The translations under genes were made by a program, and so were the position numbers. The notes under the pieces were generated by a model. The model did not search any database. It saw nothing but the letters and a program-made list of their open reading frames with translations, and was not told the origin of the DNA. Of a DNA stretch of 64,000 nt, positions 31,757-41,567 are shown piece after piece. Source of the DNA: Bacteroidales bacterium. Its GTDB lineage: Bacteria; Bacteroidota; Bacteroidia; Bacteroidales; VadinHA17. Where the stretch lies: contig JAGGXD010000186.1 in the NCBI GenBank assembly GCA_021163295.1, positions 5,802 to 69,801 of the forward strand. Direction: 5' to 3'. Positions within the stretch are counted from its first letter, which is position 1. Every line of letters starts with the position of its first letter.

Positions 31757-32521
31757 ATGAAAAAAACAGCACTTATTACCGGCGCAACATCAGGTATAGG
31801 CAAAGCAACAGCTACCAAACTGGCTGAAAATGGAACTAACATTATTATTACAGGACGCAGGAAAAACCTTCTTATAGAACTTGGGGAGAAACTCAGGTCA
31901 CAGTTTAATGTTGAAGTTCTTGAACTTGTTTTCGATATCAGAGATCAAACTGATGTATTTAAACAAATAAAGGAACTTCCGGACAACTGGAAACAGATTG
32001 ATATACTTGTAAATAATGCCGGGCTTGCTGCAGGACTGGACAGATTTCAGGATGCCGATATTGATGACTGGGAAACAATGATAGATACTAACGTAAAAGG
32101 TCTTCTCTACATTTCAAAAGCAGTAATACCCCTGATGATTAAAAGAAGCAGGGGACATATTGTTAATATCTCTTCTACAGCAGGTAAAGAGGTTTATTTA
32201 AAAGGCAATGTATATTGCGCAACAAAACATGCTGTTGATGCAATTAACAAAGCCATGCGAATTGACCTCCTTGATGAGGGTATAAAAGTAACTTCTGTGA
32301 ATCCGGGAATGGTTGAAACTGAGTTCTCACTTGTAAGGTTTAAAGGTGATCGGGAAAAAGCCGGAATTCCATATAAAGGAATTAAACCTCTCTCGGGTGA
32401 AGATGTAGCAGAAACAATTTGGTTTGTTTTAAACAGACCTGAACATGTTAACATAAACGAAATTATTATTACACCGAAAGCCCAGGCTAACTCGATTTAT
32501 ATTAACCGGAATAGGGAATAG
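31757..32521 (+). CDS. Short-chain dehydrogenase/reductase (YdfG-like, NADP-dependent)
   Basis: 254 aa with TGATSGIGKA, NNAG and YCATKHA (YxxxK) motifs. Confidence 0.85.
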   Translation: MKKTALITGATSGIGKATATKLAENGTNIIITGRRKNLLIELGEKLRSQFNVEVLELVFDIRDQTDVFKQIKELPDNWKQIDILVNNAGLAAGLDRFQDADIDDWETMIDTNVKGLLYISKAVIPLMIKRSRGHIVNISSTAGKEVYLKGNVYCATKHAVDAINKAMRIDLLDEGIKVTSVNPGMVETEFSLVRFKGDREKAGIPYKGIKPLSGEDVAETIWFVLNRPEHVNINEIIITPKAQANSIYINRNRE

Positions 32522-32649
32522 TTGAAAGTTTGTAAAGTCTGTAAGGTTCAACGCTTACTGATAACTCTTAACTATATAACTTTTTACTTTATAACTTTTA
32601 ACTCTTTATTCTTTACTTTATAACTTTTTACTTTATAACTTTATAACTG
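32521..32649. repeat. AT-rich word array with 44-bp tandem duplication between SDR and Ldh_2 genes
   Basis: Starts with GTTGAAA GTTTGTAAA GTCTGTAAG GTTCAAC. TATAACTTTTTACTTTATAACTTT then occurs at both 32575-32598 and 32619-32642. On the opposite strand the region reads GTTATAAA/GTAAAAA words. Confidence 0.8.
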
Positions 32650-33723
32650 ATGTATGCATACGATTATTTACTCTCTTTTACAATTCATGTATTTGAAAAA
32701 ATGGGGTGTCCCACGAATGATGCAAAAGCTGCTGCAAAAGTTTTTCTTCGTGCCGAGCTAAGAAATCTTCCATCACATGGCATGCTGAGAATGAAAGATT
32801 ATTTTCAGTTATGGGAAGCCGGCCGGATAAACACCAAACCCTGGATAAAAATCATTCATGAGTCTCCAAGTACAGCTGTTGTTGATGGTGATATGGCTAT
32901 CGGTATGATAGCTGCAACACAGTCGATGGAAATTGCTATTGAAAAAGCCAGAGTTCACGGTACAGGCTGGGTAGCTACACAAAATTCCAACCACTTCGGA
33001 ATAGGAAGTTATTATGCCATGATGGCACTGGAGCATGATATGATCGGAATTGCCATGACCAATGCCAATCCTTTTGTTGCACCTACTAACTCCGTAAGCA
33101 AACTGCTTGGCACAAATCCTATTGCATTTGCTGTACCGGCAAAGGATCAGCCGGCATTTATAGCTGATTTCGCATCCACTCCCATTGCCAGGGGAAAGCT
33201 CGCCGTTGCAGCAAAGAAGGGAGAAAAAGTTGCTTATGGTTTCGTCCAGGACAAAGACGGGAATCCCTCGAATGATCCTGATATCCTGAAAGAGGGTGGA
33301 TCAATGCTGCCTCTTGGAGGCGACCTGGAACACGGCAGTCACAAGGGTTATGCTTTGGGTGCTATTATAGATATCCTTACAGGTGTTATCTCAGGTGCCA
33401 ATTTCGGACCATTCATTCCACCAAATCTTGCTTTTTTACCTATGCCAAAAGTTCAGGTAGGGAAAGGAATGGGGCATTTTTTCGGAGCAATGAGAATTGA
33501 TGCTTTCCAAACCAAAGATGTCTTTAAATCCAGAATGGATAAATGGATAGAAACATTCCGGAATGCAAAACCAATAAAAGGGAAGCAGGTGCTGATACCC
33601 GGTGATATCGAGCGCGAGGCTGAGGAAAGGATCAGGAAAAATGGTATTAGTATTCTCCCTTCAATAGTTAAGGAGCTTAAAGAAATTGCAGATAAGCTCG
33701 AAGTTGATTTTGAAGAGAAGTAA
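32650..33723 (+). CDS. Ldh_2 family oxidoreductase (malate/L-lactate/ureidoglycolate dehydrogenase type 2)
   Basis: 357 aa. The motifs LRNLPSHGMLRM, NHFGIGSYYA, GTNPIAFAVP and HKGYALG are typical of the Ldh_2 family. Confidence 0.8.
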   Translation: MYAYDYLLSFTIHVFEKMGCPTNDAKAAAKVFLRAELRNLPSHGMLRMKDYFQLWEAGRINTKPWIKIIHESPSTAVVDGDMAIGMIAATQSMEIAIEKARVHGTGWVATQNSNHFGIGSYYAMMALEHDMIGIAMTNANPFVAPTNSVSKLLGTNPIAFAVPAKDQPAFIADFASTPIARGKLAVAAKKGEKVAYGFVQDKDGNPSNDPDILKEGGSMLPLGGDLEHGSHKGYALGAIIDILTGVISGANFGPFIPPNLAFLPMPKVQVGKGMGHFFGAMRIDAFQTKDVFKSRMDKWIETFRNAKPIKGKQVLIPGDIEREAEERIRKNGISILPSIVKELKEIADKLEVDFEEK

Positions 33724-33725
33724 AT

Positions 33726-33800
33726 TAGGTAAGTAGGTAAGTAAGGCGAGTGATTAGCAGGCATTAACCATTGGGTGCTGGGTACTGGGTACTTGCGATT
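33726..33800. repeat. Word arrays TAGGTAAG TAGGTAAG TAAGGCGAG ... GGGTGCT GGGTACT GGGTACT
   Basis: Read directly from the sequence. The array begins 3 nt after the stop of the Ldh_2 gene. Confidence 0.8.
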
Positions 33801-33825
33801 AAACAAATTAACGAAATACAAACAA

Positions 33826-34401
33826 ATGAATAAAATGTTGGTTTTTCACCGGCAGTTAATTGTCTGGCTAATACTATTCTTTTTTACCAACGGACTCCTG
33901 TATGGTCAGTTTTCAGCCGATCTTATATCGGACCAGCCCAATGCACCCACAGGTAAATTCACATTTTCAGATAAAAGATACAGACTGGAAAATCTTGAAC
34001 ATCCTGCTAAAATATTTCTTATATCCAACATAGAAACCAACCAAACAATTGTTTTTAACCCTGAGGACAGTACTTATATAATAAAAAACCGGTTTAAAAC
34101 CCCGTCTGATCCATTCGGAACATGGGAACTTTTTTGTAATGATCTTACAAAAAATGAGGTAGGACCGGAAACAATTAACGGATTGGAATGCAGGAAAACA
34201 ATTTATAATAAATTATCATCCAATACGGAAGTGATAAAAGTTGTTCGATGGGAATCTGTTAAGTATAAAATACCTATAAAAATCACATACAACCTCCCCC
34301 AGAGTGAAGGCTTTTTTGAGCTTATTAATATTGTTGAAGGACCGGTGAATGAAGAATTATTTGAAATCCCAGCATTTTATGAAAGCAGGTGGCAAAAATA
34401 A
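33826..34401 (+). CDS. Hypothetical secreted protein
   Basis: Start set to MNKMLVFHRQLIVWLILFFFTNGLLYGQ (signal peptide). The track ORF starts 51 nt upstream. No family confidently recognised; possibly a LolA/DUF4412-like fold. Confidence 0.5.
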   Translation: MNKMLVFHRQLIVWLILFFFTNGLLYGQFSADLISDQPNAPTGKFTFSDKRYRLENLEHPAKIFLISNIETNQTIVFNPEDSTYIIKNRFKTPSDPFGTWELFCNDLTKNEVGPETINGLECRKTIYNKLSSNTEVIKVVRWESVKYKIPIKITYNLPQSEGFFELINIVEGPVNEELFEIPAFYESRWQK

Positions 34402-34614
34402 TTTCCATACAAATTGCCTGAATATCACAGTATCCCAGGATATGTTAATAACATAGCAATAACTATTTTTTGTTTTTAAAAAAAAAATCCGTATATTTTC
34501 TATCACATTTTAAACAACTAAACACTAAGCTTATTTTCATTTTTATCTGTTTTTTCTAAAGTGAGCTTCTATACTTATATGAACTTTTTGTGTAATTTTT
34601 AAAATGCAATTCAT

Positions 34615-37600
34615 ATGAATAAAATTTTGTTCTTTTTCTTATTTTCTATATTTAGTACAGGTATCTGGAGTCAACCCAATGCCTGGATCAACGAATTTCA
34701 TTATGATAATACTGGAGCAGACCAGGATGAATTTATCGAAATAGTGGTTGAAAATGCCGGCGTTTTAACTCTCGGTGATCTTGCTGTCGATCTGTATAAT
34801 GGAAACGGAGGTGGAAGTTATAAAACCGTAGCTATGGATAATTTCACTACGGGGAATACTGTTGGTGATTTTACTGTTTACAGCTATGTATTTAGCACAA
34901 TTCAGAATGGTAGTCCCGATGGGATAAGCCTTTCCTACCAGGGCACATTGATCTCAGGCCAGTTTATTAGTTATGAAGGTGTAATTACTGCAACAGATGG
35001 TCCGGCCAATGATGAAACCAGTACGGATATCCTTGTGAGCGAAAGCGGCTCAACAGAAATAGGACATTCACTTCAACTTTCCGGAACCGGTACACAGTAC
35101 AGTGATTTCACCTGGACTTCACCTGCACCTAACACAATTGGGGCAACTAATAATAATCAAACCCTTGGGGCTGCACCCACTGATACCGACCCCCCGGTAT
35201 GGACCACAGATTACCCGTATATATATTCAATGCTCGATACCAATGGGCAAATTGCTGTAAGCCTGGATGAACCGGGTAAGGTTTATTATATTGTTCTATA
35301 TGATGAAGCTACTGCTCCTGATGCAGGACAGGTTATTTCAGGTGAACAATATGATACAGTGACAGTTTGTGTACACGATTCAATAGATGTTTTAGCAGCT
35401 AATACCGAATACCTCCAATGGATAGAAGATGCAACACCCGGGACGTCTTATGATATCTACATTATTGCACAGGATACTGAATCAACTCCGAATATTCAAA
35501 CAGGTCCTGTTCTGCTTGAATGTACCACAACAGTTACAAAGTCTCTTGCCTTTACAAATCCGCAATCTTTTGATACTGTATATGTAGGAGATACTCTTAC
35601 ATTTGAATGGAATGCTGTTAAAATAGACAGCATATTGATTGGAGGTTACGATTATGCCGATAGCAGTGACTTTATGTTAACTGTAGATGAATTCGAAAAT
35701 CCCGCTCCTGTTGCTGCAGATACCAGTCATTTTACGTTATGGATTCCATACGACACAAACACCGATTCAGTTAAATTCTTTCTCTATGATACAGAAGAAA
35801 CAGAACTCTATGCTGACACATTGCTTATCTACCTAATCGATACAATCCCACCTATGATAAATAAAACGACACCGGCTAATTGTTCAACCGGTTTCCCGCC
35901 TGCCGGTCAATTCACTCTTCACTTTACCGAAAATGTTACAGTTGGTACTGGAAATATCTACCTGTATAAAGCAAATGGGACTCCTGTTGATACATTTGAT
36001 GTAACAAAGATTTACTTTAATCAGAATTTGTTCTCATTTACACCGGAGTTTCCACTGGAACCAGGGACCGGATATTATTTCGAAATTGATGCAGGTATTG
36101 TAACCGACTGGAAAAATACGGAGTTTGAGACAGTTGCAGGCACCGGCACATGGAGCTTCACAGTTATTTCAAGAGATCTGTATTTTTCAGAATATGTCGA
36201 AGGAAGCAGTGATAACAAGGCTCTTGAGATATATAATCCAACCGGCGAAACTGTTGACCTTTCCAAATATGGAATTGCAATAAGTACAAACGGCGGAAGC
36301 TGGCAAAATCCTGATCCGTTAACCGGAATACTTGATCCGGGAGATGTTTATGTAATAATCAATCCGGGGTTTAATTTCTCACTCATTGATTCGGCTACTG
36401 TCGTTGATACAATATGGGGAGGATTTACTACAAATCATAATGGTAATGACGGACGGGCACTTGCTAAATTAATTAAAGGATCGTGGGACAAAAATTTTAC
36501 TTCGTCTTTCATTGATGTAATTGGCTACAATGATGGAAATCCCGGACCCGGATGGGATGTTGCAGGGGTAGCTACTGCCACAAAAGACCATACCCTGATA
36601 CGAAAAGCTATTATATCCATAGGAAATACTGACTTCACCGAATCAGCAGGTACAAGTGCGGAAGATTCCGAATGGAGAGTATTCGATCAGGATTTTTTTA
36701 CTAATCTTGGATATGCCACACCAGACGCAAGCAGCGAAACGAATATCCTTGGATTTGTTCTGAAGGATACACCCGGGAATAACATCACAGCTAATACTAT
36801 AATTGACACGCTGGCATATTCAATTGATGTGGAAATTCTGTTTGGCTATGGATCAGTAATTGATTCTCTGGTACCGGAGATCACTCTCTCTGAAGGAGCA
36901 ACCAGTGATCCAGCCTCGGGGGATACTGTAAATTTCGTCAATCCTGTTATTTTCACAGTTACGGCAGAAGATAAGTTAACGACACAGGCATGGACCATAA
37001 CAATCACTGAGGAAGTTATCCCTGATATGTCAATTTACGATATCCAGTTTACAACTGAAACATCAGGCAACTCACCACATATTAACGAGCAGGTCAGAGT
37101 AAGCGGAATTGTCACAGCCATTGATTTTCTACAGGACTTTAAAGGATACTTCCTGCAGGATAGTTCAGGTATCTGGAACGGAATATACGTTTATGATCCT
37201 GATCGCGTCAGCACTGAGCCAGGTGATAGTCTGACTATCGTGGCAACAATTACTGAATATTATGACGTCACACAGGTATCCGGTATAGTTGAATACCTAA
37301 AAAACAGCACCGGAAATACATTGCCGGACCCGCTGGTTATCACAACCGGCGTAACTGATCCCGAACAATATGAAGGCGTACTGGTCACTGTGGAGAATGC
37401 CGAATGCACCAATAACAACCCGGGTAATAATGAAGTTGAGATTAATGATGGTTCAGGTGTTATTATTGTAGATGATTATATATATGATTATACAGATACT
37501 GTTGCATTCACAAATACCAATATTTACAGGGTTACCGGTGTGATGTTTTACTCATCCGGTGAATATAAGATCATCCCGAGAAATGTGAATGACATTGCAA

Positions 37601-37878
37601 ATGTTACAGCTGTAAACGATCTGTTTGCCGGCGTAAACATCCACATATATCCAAACCCAAATAATGGTCTGTTCAGGCTTGTTGTAAACAATACAAAATC
37701 AGGAAGCCCCGGAATTGAGATAATGAACATCCATGGACAAATACTTTTCAGAAATGTAATCAATAATCCCGCCGGGTTTAGTAAGAATATTGACCTGACA
37801 AGATTTGGTAAAGGATTGTACTTGCTCAGGATCATCGATGCAGATAAAACTCTGGTTAAAAAGATCCTGATCCGGTAA
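34615..37878 (+). CDS. T9SS-secreted multidomain protein with two lamin-tail-like domains, Ig-like repeats and an OB-like module
   Basis: 1087 aa with a signal peptide. LTD-like AWINEFHYDNTGADQDEFIEIVV (nt ~34680-35000) and LYFSEYVEGSSDNKALEIYNPTGETVDLSKYGIA (nt ~36170-36560). IYDIQ...GYFLQD...TEYYDVTQV module (nt ~37030-37590). C-terminal IHIYPNPNNGLFRL...GLYLLRIID...KKILIR matches the Por secretion tail. Confidence 0.7.
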   Translation: MNKILFFFLFSIFSTGIWSQPNAWINEFHYDNTGADQDEFIEIVVENAGVLTLGDLAVDLYNGNGGGSYKTVAMDNFTTGNTVGDFTVYSYVFSTIQNGSPDGISLSYQGTLISGQFISYEGVITATDGPANDETSTDILVSESGSTEIGHSLQLSGTGTQYSDFTWTSPAPNTIGATNNNQTLGAAPTDTDPPVWTTDYPYIYSMLDTNGQIAVSLDEPGKVYYIVLYDEATAPDAGQVISGEQYDTVTVCVHDSIDVLAANTEYLQWIEDATPGTSYDIYIIAQDTESTPNIQTGPVLLECTTTVTKSLAFTNPQSFDTVYVGDTLTFEWNAVKIDSILIGGYDYADSSDFMLTVDEFENPAPVAADTSHFTLWIPYDTNTDSVKFFLYDTEETELYADTLLIYLIDTIPPMINKTTPANCSTGFPPAGQFTLHFTENVTVGTGNIYLYKANGTPVDTFDVTKIYFNQNLFSFTPEFPLEPGTGYYFEIDAGIVTDWKNTEFETVAGTGTWSFTVISRDLYFSEYVEGSSDNKALEIYNPTGETVDLSKYGIAISTNGGSWQNPDPLTGILDPGDVYVIINPGFNFSLIDSATVVDTIWGGFTTNHNGNDGRALAKLIKGSWDKNFTSSFIDVIGYNDGNPGPGWDVAGVATATKDHTLIRKAIISIGNTDFTESAGTSAEDSEWRVFDQDFFTNLGYATPDASSETNILGFVLKDTPGNNITANTIIDTLAYSIDVEILFGYGSVIDSLVPEITLSEGATSDPASGDTVNFVNPVIFTVTAEDKLTTQAWTITITEEVIPDMSIYDIQFTTETSGNSPHINEQVRVSGIVTAIDFLQDFKGYFLQDSSGIWNGIYVYDPDRVSTEPGDSLTIVATITEYYDVTQVSGIVEYLKNSTGNTLPDPLVITTGVTDPEQYEGVLVTVENAECTNNNPGNNEVEINDGSGVIIVDDYIYDYTDTVAFTNTNIYRVTGVMFYSSGEYKIIPRNVNDIANVTAVNDLFAGVNIHIYPNPNNGLFRLVVNNTKSGSPGIEIMNIHGQILFRNVINNPAGFSKNIDLTRFGKGLYLLRIIDADKTLVKKILIR

Positions 37879-37972
37879 TCAGGTTGTATATATACATTAT
37901 GATTCTTATATTGTAGCCTGTTTTTTTTTAAAAATATTTAAACTCTACTTTTAATAAATCAAAAAAATAATC

Positions 37973-40900
37973 ATGAAACGAAAAATTAATTTCCTGCCGG
38001 TACTTATTATGTTACTGGCAATTTTAACTTCAAGCTTTGCCTTAGCAAAAAAAGACAAAGAAAATGATGATAAAGAAAAATCTGAATCAAGCACATTCTC
38101 CGGTTTAAAATGGAGAAGTATTGGTCCTGCCTTTACTTCAGGACGGATAGCAGATTTTGCTGTTAATCCACAAAACCATTCAGAATGGCTTGTTGCTGTT
38201 GCCAGTGGAAATATCTGGAAAACAGAAAATAATGGCACTACATTTAAACCGGTATTTGATAAATACGGAGCTTACTCGATGGGATGTCTTGCAATGGACC
38301 CCAACAATCCGAATGTTATATGGGCAGGAACAGGTGAAAATAATCATCAACGCGCCCTGGGATATGGTGATGGCGTATATAAATCCACTAACGGGGGAAG
38401 TTCGTGGAAGAATATGGGTCTTAAAGAATCACGTCAGATTGGAAAAATTGTAATAGACCCCAGGAATTCTGATATTGTTTTTGTAGCAGCCGAAGGATCG
38501 GCATGGGGACCGGGAGGTGACCGTGGACTTTATAAAACGACCGATAGCGGGGAAACCTGGAATAAGGTTCTTGAAATAAGTGAAGAAACAGGTGTAAATA
38601 ATGTGGTATTGGATCCAGGTAATCCGGATTTGATGTATGCTACCTCAGAGCAAAGAAGACGCCATGTACACACCAAGATCGGCGGGGGGCCTGAGTCGCG
38701 CTTTTATAAATCAACCGATAACGGTGAGACATGGAAAAAGATAACCAAAGGACTACCCTCAGGGCATGTAGGCGGAATGGGCCTTGCTATTTCTCCGGTT
38801 AATCCTGATGTCCTGTACATAATTGCAGAAGCTGAGGGTGAAACAGGCGGGTTTTTCCGTTCTGTTAACCGCGGTGAATCATGGGAAAAAATGAGTGACC
38901 ACCACGCAAGTGGTCAGTATTATAACGAGATATATTGCGACCCGCTTGATGTTGATAAAGTTTACAGTATGGAAACCATTGCTCAAGTTACAACAGATGG
39001 CGGAAAAACATGGAACTCAATCGGGAACAAAAGTCGCCACGTGGATGACCATGCAATATGGATTGATCCTGATGACACAAAACACTTTCTTATTGGTGGA
39101 GACGGAGGTATTTACGAATCATTTGATAGTGGGAAGAATTACATTTTTAAAACAAACCTGCCGGTTACCCAGTTTTATAGAGTAGCAGTGGATTATGACA
39201 GACCTTTTTATAATATTTATGGCGGCACCCAGGACAATAACAGCTTTGGCGGGCCATCTCAGAATCTGAGTTCTGCAGGAGTTACTGCAGGCGAATGGGT
39301 TGTAACAGTTGGTGGTGATGGATTCTGGCAAGCTGTTGACCCAACCGATCCAAATATTGTTTATTCAGAGTGGCAATATGGAAACAGTGTCAGATTTGAT
39401 AAGAAAAGTGGTGAAGGAATAAGCATCAAACCACAACCAGGAAAAGATGAGGATACTTACCGCTGGAACTGGAATGCACCGTTAATTCTAAGTCCATATT
39501 CCAATACACGTCTGTATGTTGCTGCTAATAAAGTGTTCCGCAGTGAAAACAGGGGAAACTCATGGAAAGTGATATCGGACGATCTGACAAGACAACTGGA
39601 CAGGAATACATGGAAGGTAATGGGTAAATTCTGGAGTGTTGACGCAGTAAGAAAAGATGTGTCAACTTCACAGTATGGAACAATCGTATCATTGGTGGAA
39701 TCGGAAGTAAAAGAAGATCTGTTGTATGCCGGTACTGATGACGGACTGATACAGGTTACGGAAAATGCAGGAACAAACTGGCAAAGTACCGGTGATTTTG
39801 AAGGAGTACCCAAATACACATATGTTAGTGATATCTGTCCTTCGAAATTTGATGAAAATATTGTTTATGCTGCTTTTGATAACCGAAAAAGGGATGATTT
39901 TAAGCCCTACATATTAAAAAGCAGTGATAAGGGTCAAACCTGGAAATCGATAAGCACCAACCTTCCTGAAAATGGAACTGTTCACACTATTGAACAAGAT
40001 TTTATAAATCCCAATCTGCTTTTTGCCGGTACTGAATTCGGAGTTTTCTTCTCTATTGACGGAGGTGATAAATGGGAGCAGTTGAAATCAGGAATACCTA
40101 CGGTTGCTGTCAGGGATATGGTTATCCAGAAAAGGGAAAACGATCTGGTATTGGCTACATTTGGACGCGGTTTCTACATCCTGGATAATTACACCCCTCT
40201 AAGATCATTTAAGCCCGAGATCCTTGAAAAGAATGCACATATTTTTCCAATTAAAGACGCTCTCGTATATATCAAAAAAGGAGGAAGATACGGCCAGGGA
40301 TCCACAAATTATATGGGTAAGAATTCTTCATTCGGAGCTACTTTTACATACTATTTAAAAGAAGGACTTAAAACCCAAAAGGACCTAAGAAAAGAAAAAG
40401 AGAAGGAACAGTTTAAAAAAGGCGAAAAGATTAAAATATTATCAAGGGATGAACTCAGGGAAGAAGGAAATGAAGAAAAACCTCATATCCGTTTCACAAT
40501 ATATGATGCTCAGGATAATATTGTCCGGAAATTCACAACTAAAGCATCAAAGGGTATCCAGAGAATAACATGGGATCTCAGGTATGAATCCACTTCACCC
40601 GTACGTCTGAAAAATGATGAATTCGATCCTATGGCAGATGGTGGCGGAGGAATTCTTGCTGTTCCGGGAATGTATAAAATTTCCATCTCTAAAGTTTTTC
40701 AGGGAAAAATAACAGAACTGGTTAGCCCGGTTGAATTTAACGTCGTGGCTCTCAATAATACAACCATTCCTGCAGAAAACCGGCAAGAAGTATTTGAATT
40801 CCAGGAAAAGGCCGGCAAACTTGCCGGTACTATGCAAGGAGCAATGAGATATACATCAGACCTGAGTGAAAAAGTTGAATATATCCTTCAAACTCTCTAC

Positions 40901-41254
40901 AGGACACCTGATTCAACTCCTGAAATGGTTGCCGAAGCAAAAAGAATCAGAAACGAGATTGATGAAATTGAGTTTATCTTTTACGGACACGAAGCAAAAG
41001 CAAGCTGGGAAGAAGTGCCACCGGGACTAATGCCGTTACAAAGACGATTAAGAAATATGGCATATACTCATTATGGCTCTACTGCCCCCTTGACCCAGAC
41101 AGAAAAAGATGCTTATAATATCCTTTCCGAAAAGCTTCCGCTACTTATTGAAAAATTGAAGAAAATTGGAGAACAAGAACTTAAGGAACTTGAAAAACAA
41201 ATGGATAAAGCAGGTGCGCCCTGGACACCAGGCAGGATTCCTGATTGGAAATAA
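37973..41254 (+). CDS. Secreted BNR/Asp-box repeat protein (sortilin/VPS10-like, 'glycosyl hydrolase BNR repeat' type)
   Basis: 1093 aa with a signal peptide. Nine Asp-box motifs counted: GGSSW, SGETW, NGETW, RGESW, GGKTW, RGNSW, AGTNW, KGQTW, GGDKW. Confidence 0.75.
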   Translation: MKRKINFLPVLIMLLAILTSSFALAKKDKENDDKEKSESSTFSGLKWRSIGPAFTSGRIADFAVNPQNHSEWLVAVASGNIWKTENNGTTFKPVFDKYGAYSMGCLAMDPNNPNVIWAGTGENNHQRALGYGDGVYKSTNGGSSWKNMGLKESRQIGKIVIDPRNSDIVFVAAEGSAWGPGGDRGLYKTTDSGETWNKVLEISEETGVNNVVLDPGNPDLMYATSEQRRRHVHTKIGGGPESRFYKSTDNGETWKKITKGLPSGHVGGMGLAISPVNPDVLYIIAEAEGETGGFFRSVNRGESWEKMSDHHASGQYYNEIYCDPLDVDKVYSMETIAQVTTDGGKTWNSIGNKSRHVDDHAIWIDPDDTKHFLIGGDGGIYESFDSGKNYIFKTNLPVTQFYRVAVDYDRPFYNIYGGTQDNNSFGGPSQNLSSAGVTAGEWVVTVGGDGFWQAVDPTDPNIVYSEWQYGNSVRFDKKSGEGISIKPQPGKDEDTYRWNWNAPLILSPYSNTRLYVAANKVFRSENRGNSWKVISDDLTRQLDRNTWKVMGKFWSVDAVRKDVSTSQYGTIVSLVESEVKEDLLYAGTDDGLIQVTENAGTNWQSTGDFEGVPKYTYVSDICPSKFDENIVYAAFDNRKRDDFKPYILKSSDKGQTWKSISTNLPENGTVHTIEQDFINPNLLFAGTEFGVFFSIDGGDKWEQLKSGIPTVAVRDMVIQKRENDLVLATFGRGFYILDNYTPLRSFKPEILEKNAHIFPIKDALVYIKKGGRYGQGSTNYMGKNSSFGATFTYYLKEGLKTQKDLRKEKEKEQFKKGEKIKILSRDELREEGNEEKPHIRFTIYDAQDNIVRKFTTKASKGIQRITWDLRYESTSPVRLKNDEFDPMADGGGGILAVPGMYKISISKVFQGKITELVSPVEFNVVALNNTTIPAENRQEVFEFQEKAGKLAGTMQGAMRYTSDLSEKVEYILQTLYRTPDSTPEMVAEAKRIRNEIDEIEFIFYGHEAKASWEEVPPGLMPLQRRLRNMAYTHYGSTAPLTQTEKDAYNILSEKLPLLIEKLKKIGEQELKELEKQMDKAGAPWTPGRIPDWK

Positions 41255-41354
41255 AATATTTTTTTTAAATAAAATTTAAACTATTTTTGTTTTCACAAAT
41301 AAATGTTTTTCTTTCGAAGAAAAATAGTTATTTTAGTAATATAATTTACAAAGT

Positions 41355-41480
41355 ATGAAAAAACTAGCAATAATATTTGCCGCCTGCATGGTATTAGGTG
41401 TAATTCTAAGTTCCTGTAACAAGGAAGTATGCCCTGCATACAGTAATATTGATACTCAGCAGACTGAAGAAACTGCGTAG
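41355..41480 (+). CDS. Small putative lipoprotein (41 aa), below ORF-track cutoff
   Basis: Own translation: MKKLAIIFAACMVLGVILSSCNKEVCPAYSNIDTQQTEETA. It has a signal peptide with lipobox-like LSSC. Located between a BNR protein and an OM protein gene. Confidence 0.35.
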   Translation: MKKLAIIFAACMVLGVILSSCNKEVCPAYSNIDTQQTEETA

Positions 41481-41567
41481 ACAGGAACTTATTTGAGTTT
41501 TTTCGCCTTCAGTCATCAAATTCTGAATCGGGGCTTTAAGTTTTTTGGTTCAGTAATTTTGTTTATT

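Noticed and set aside
32575-32648. 44-bp spaced repeats as a possible mini-CRISPR array
   Set aside because: There are only two copies of a 24-mer in AT-rich low-complexity sequence. There are no distinct spacers and no cas genes in the window. It fits the word-array phenomenon instead.
41279-41329. AT-only inverted repeats after the BNR gene (AACTATTTTT/AAAAATAGTT and TTTTTCTT-TCG-AAGAAAAA) as a terminator
   Set aside because: The stems are almost entirely A-T pairs, so stability is doubtful. It may still function, but I cannot support a confident terminator call.
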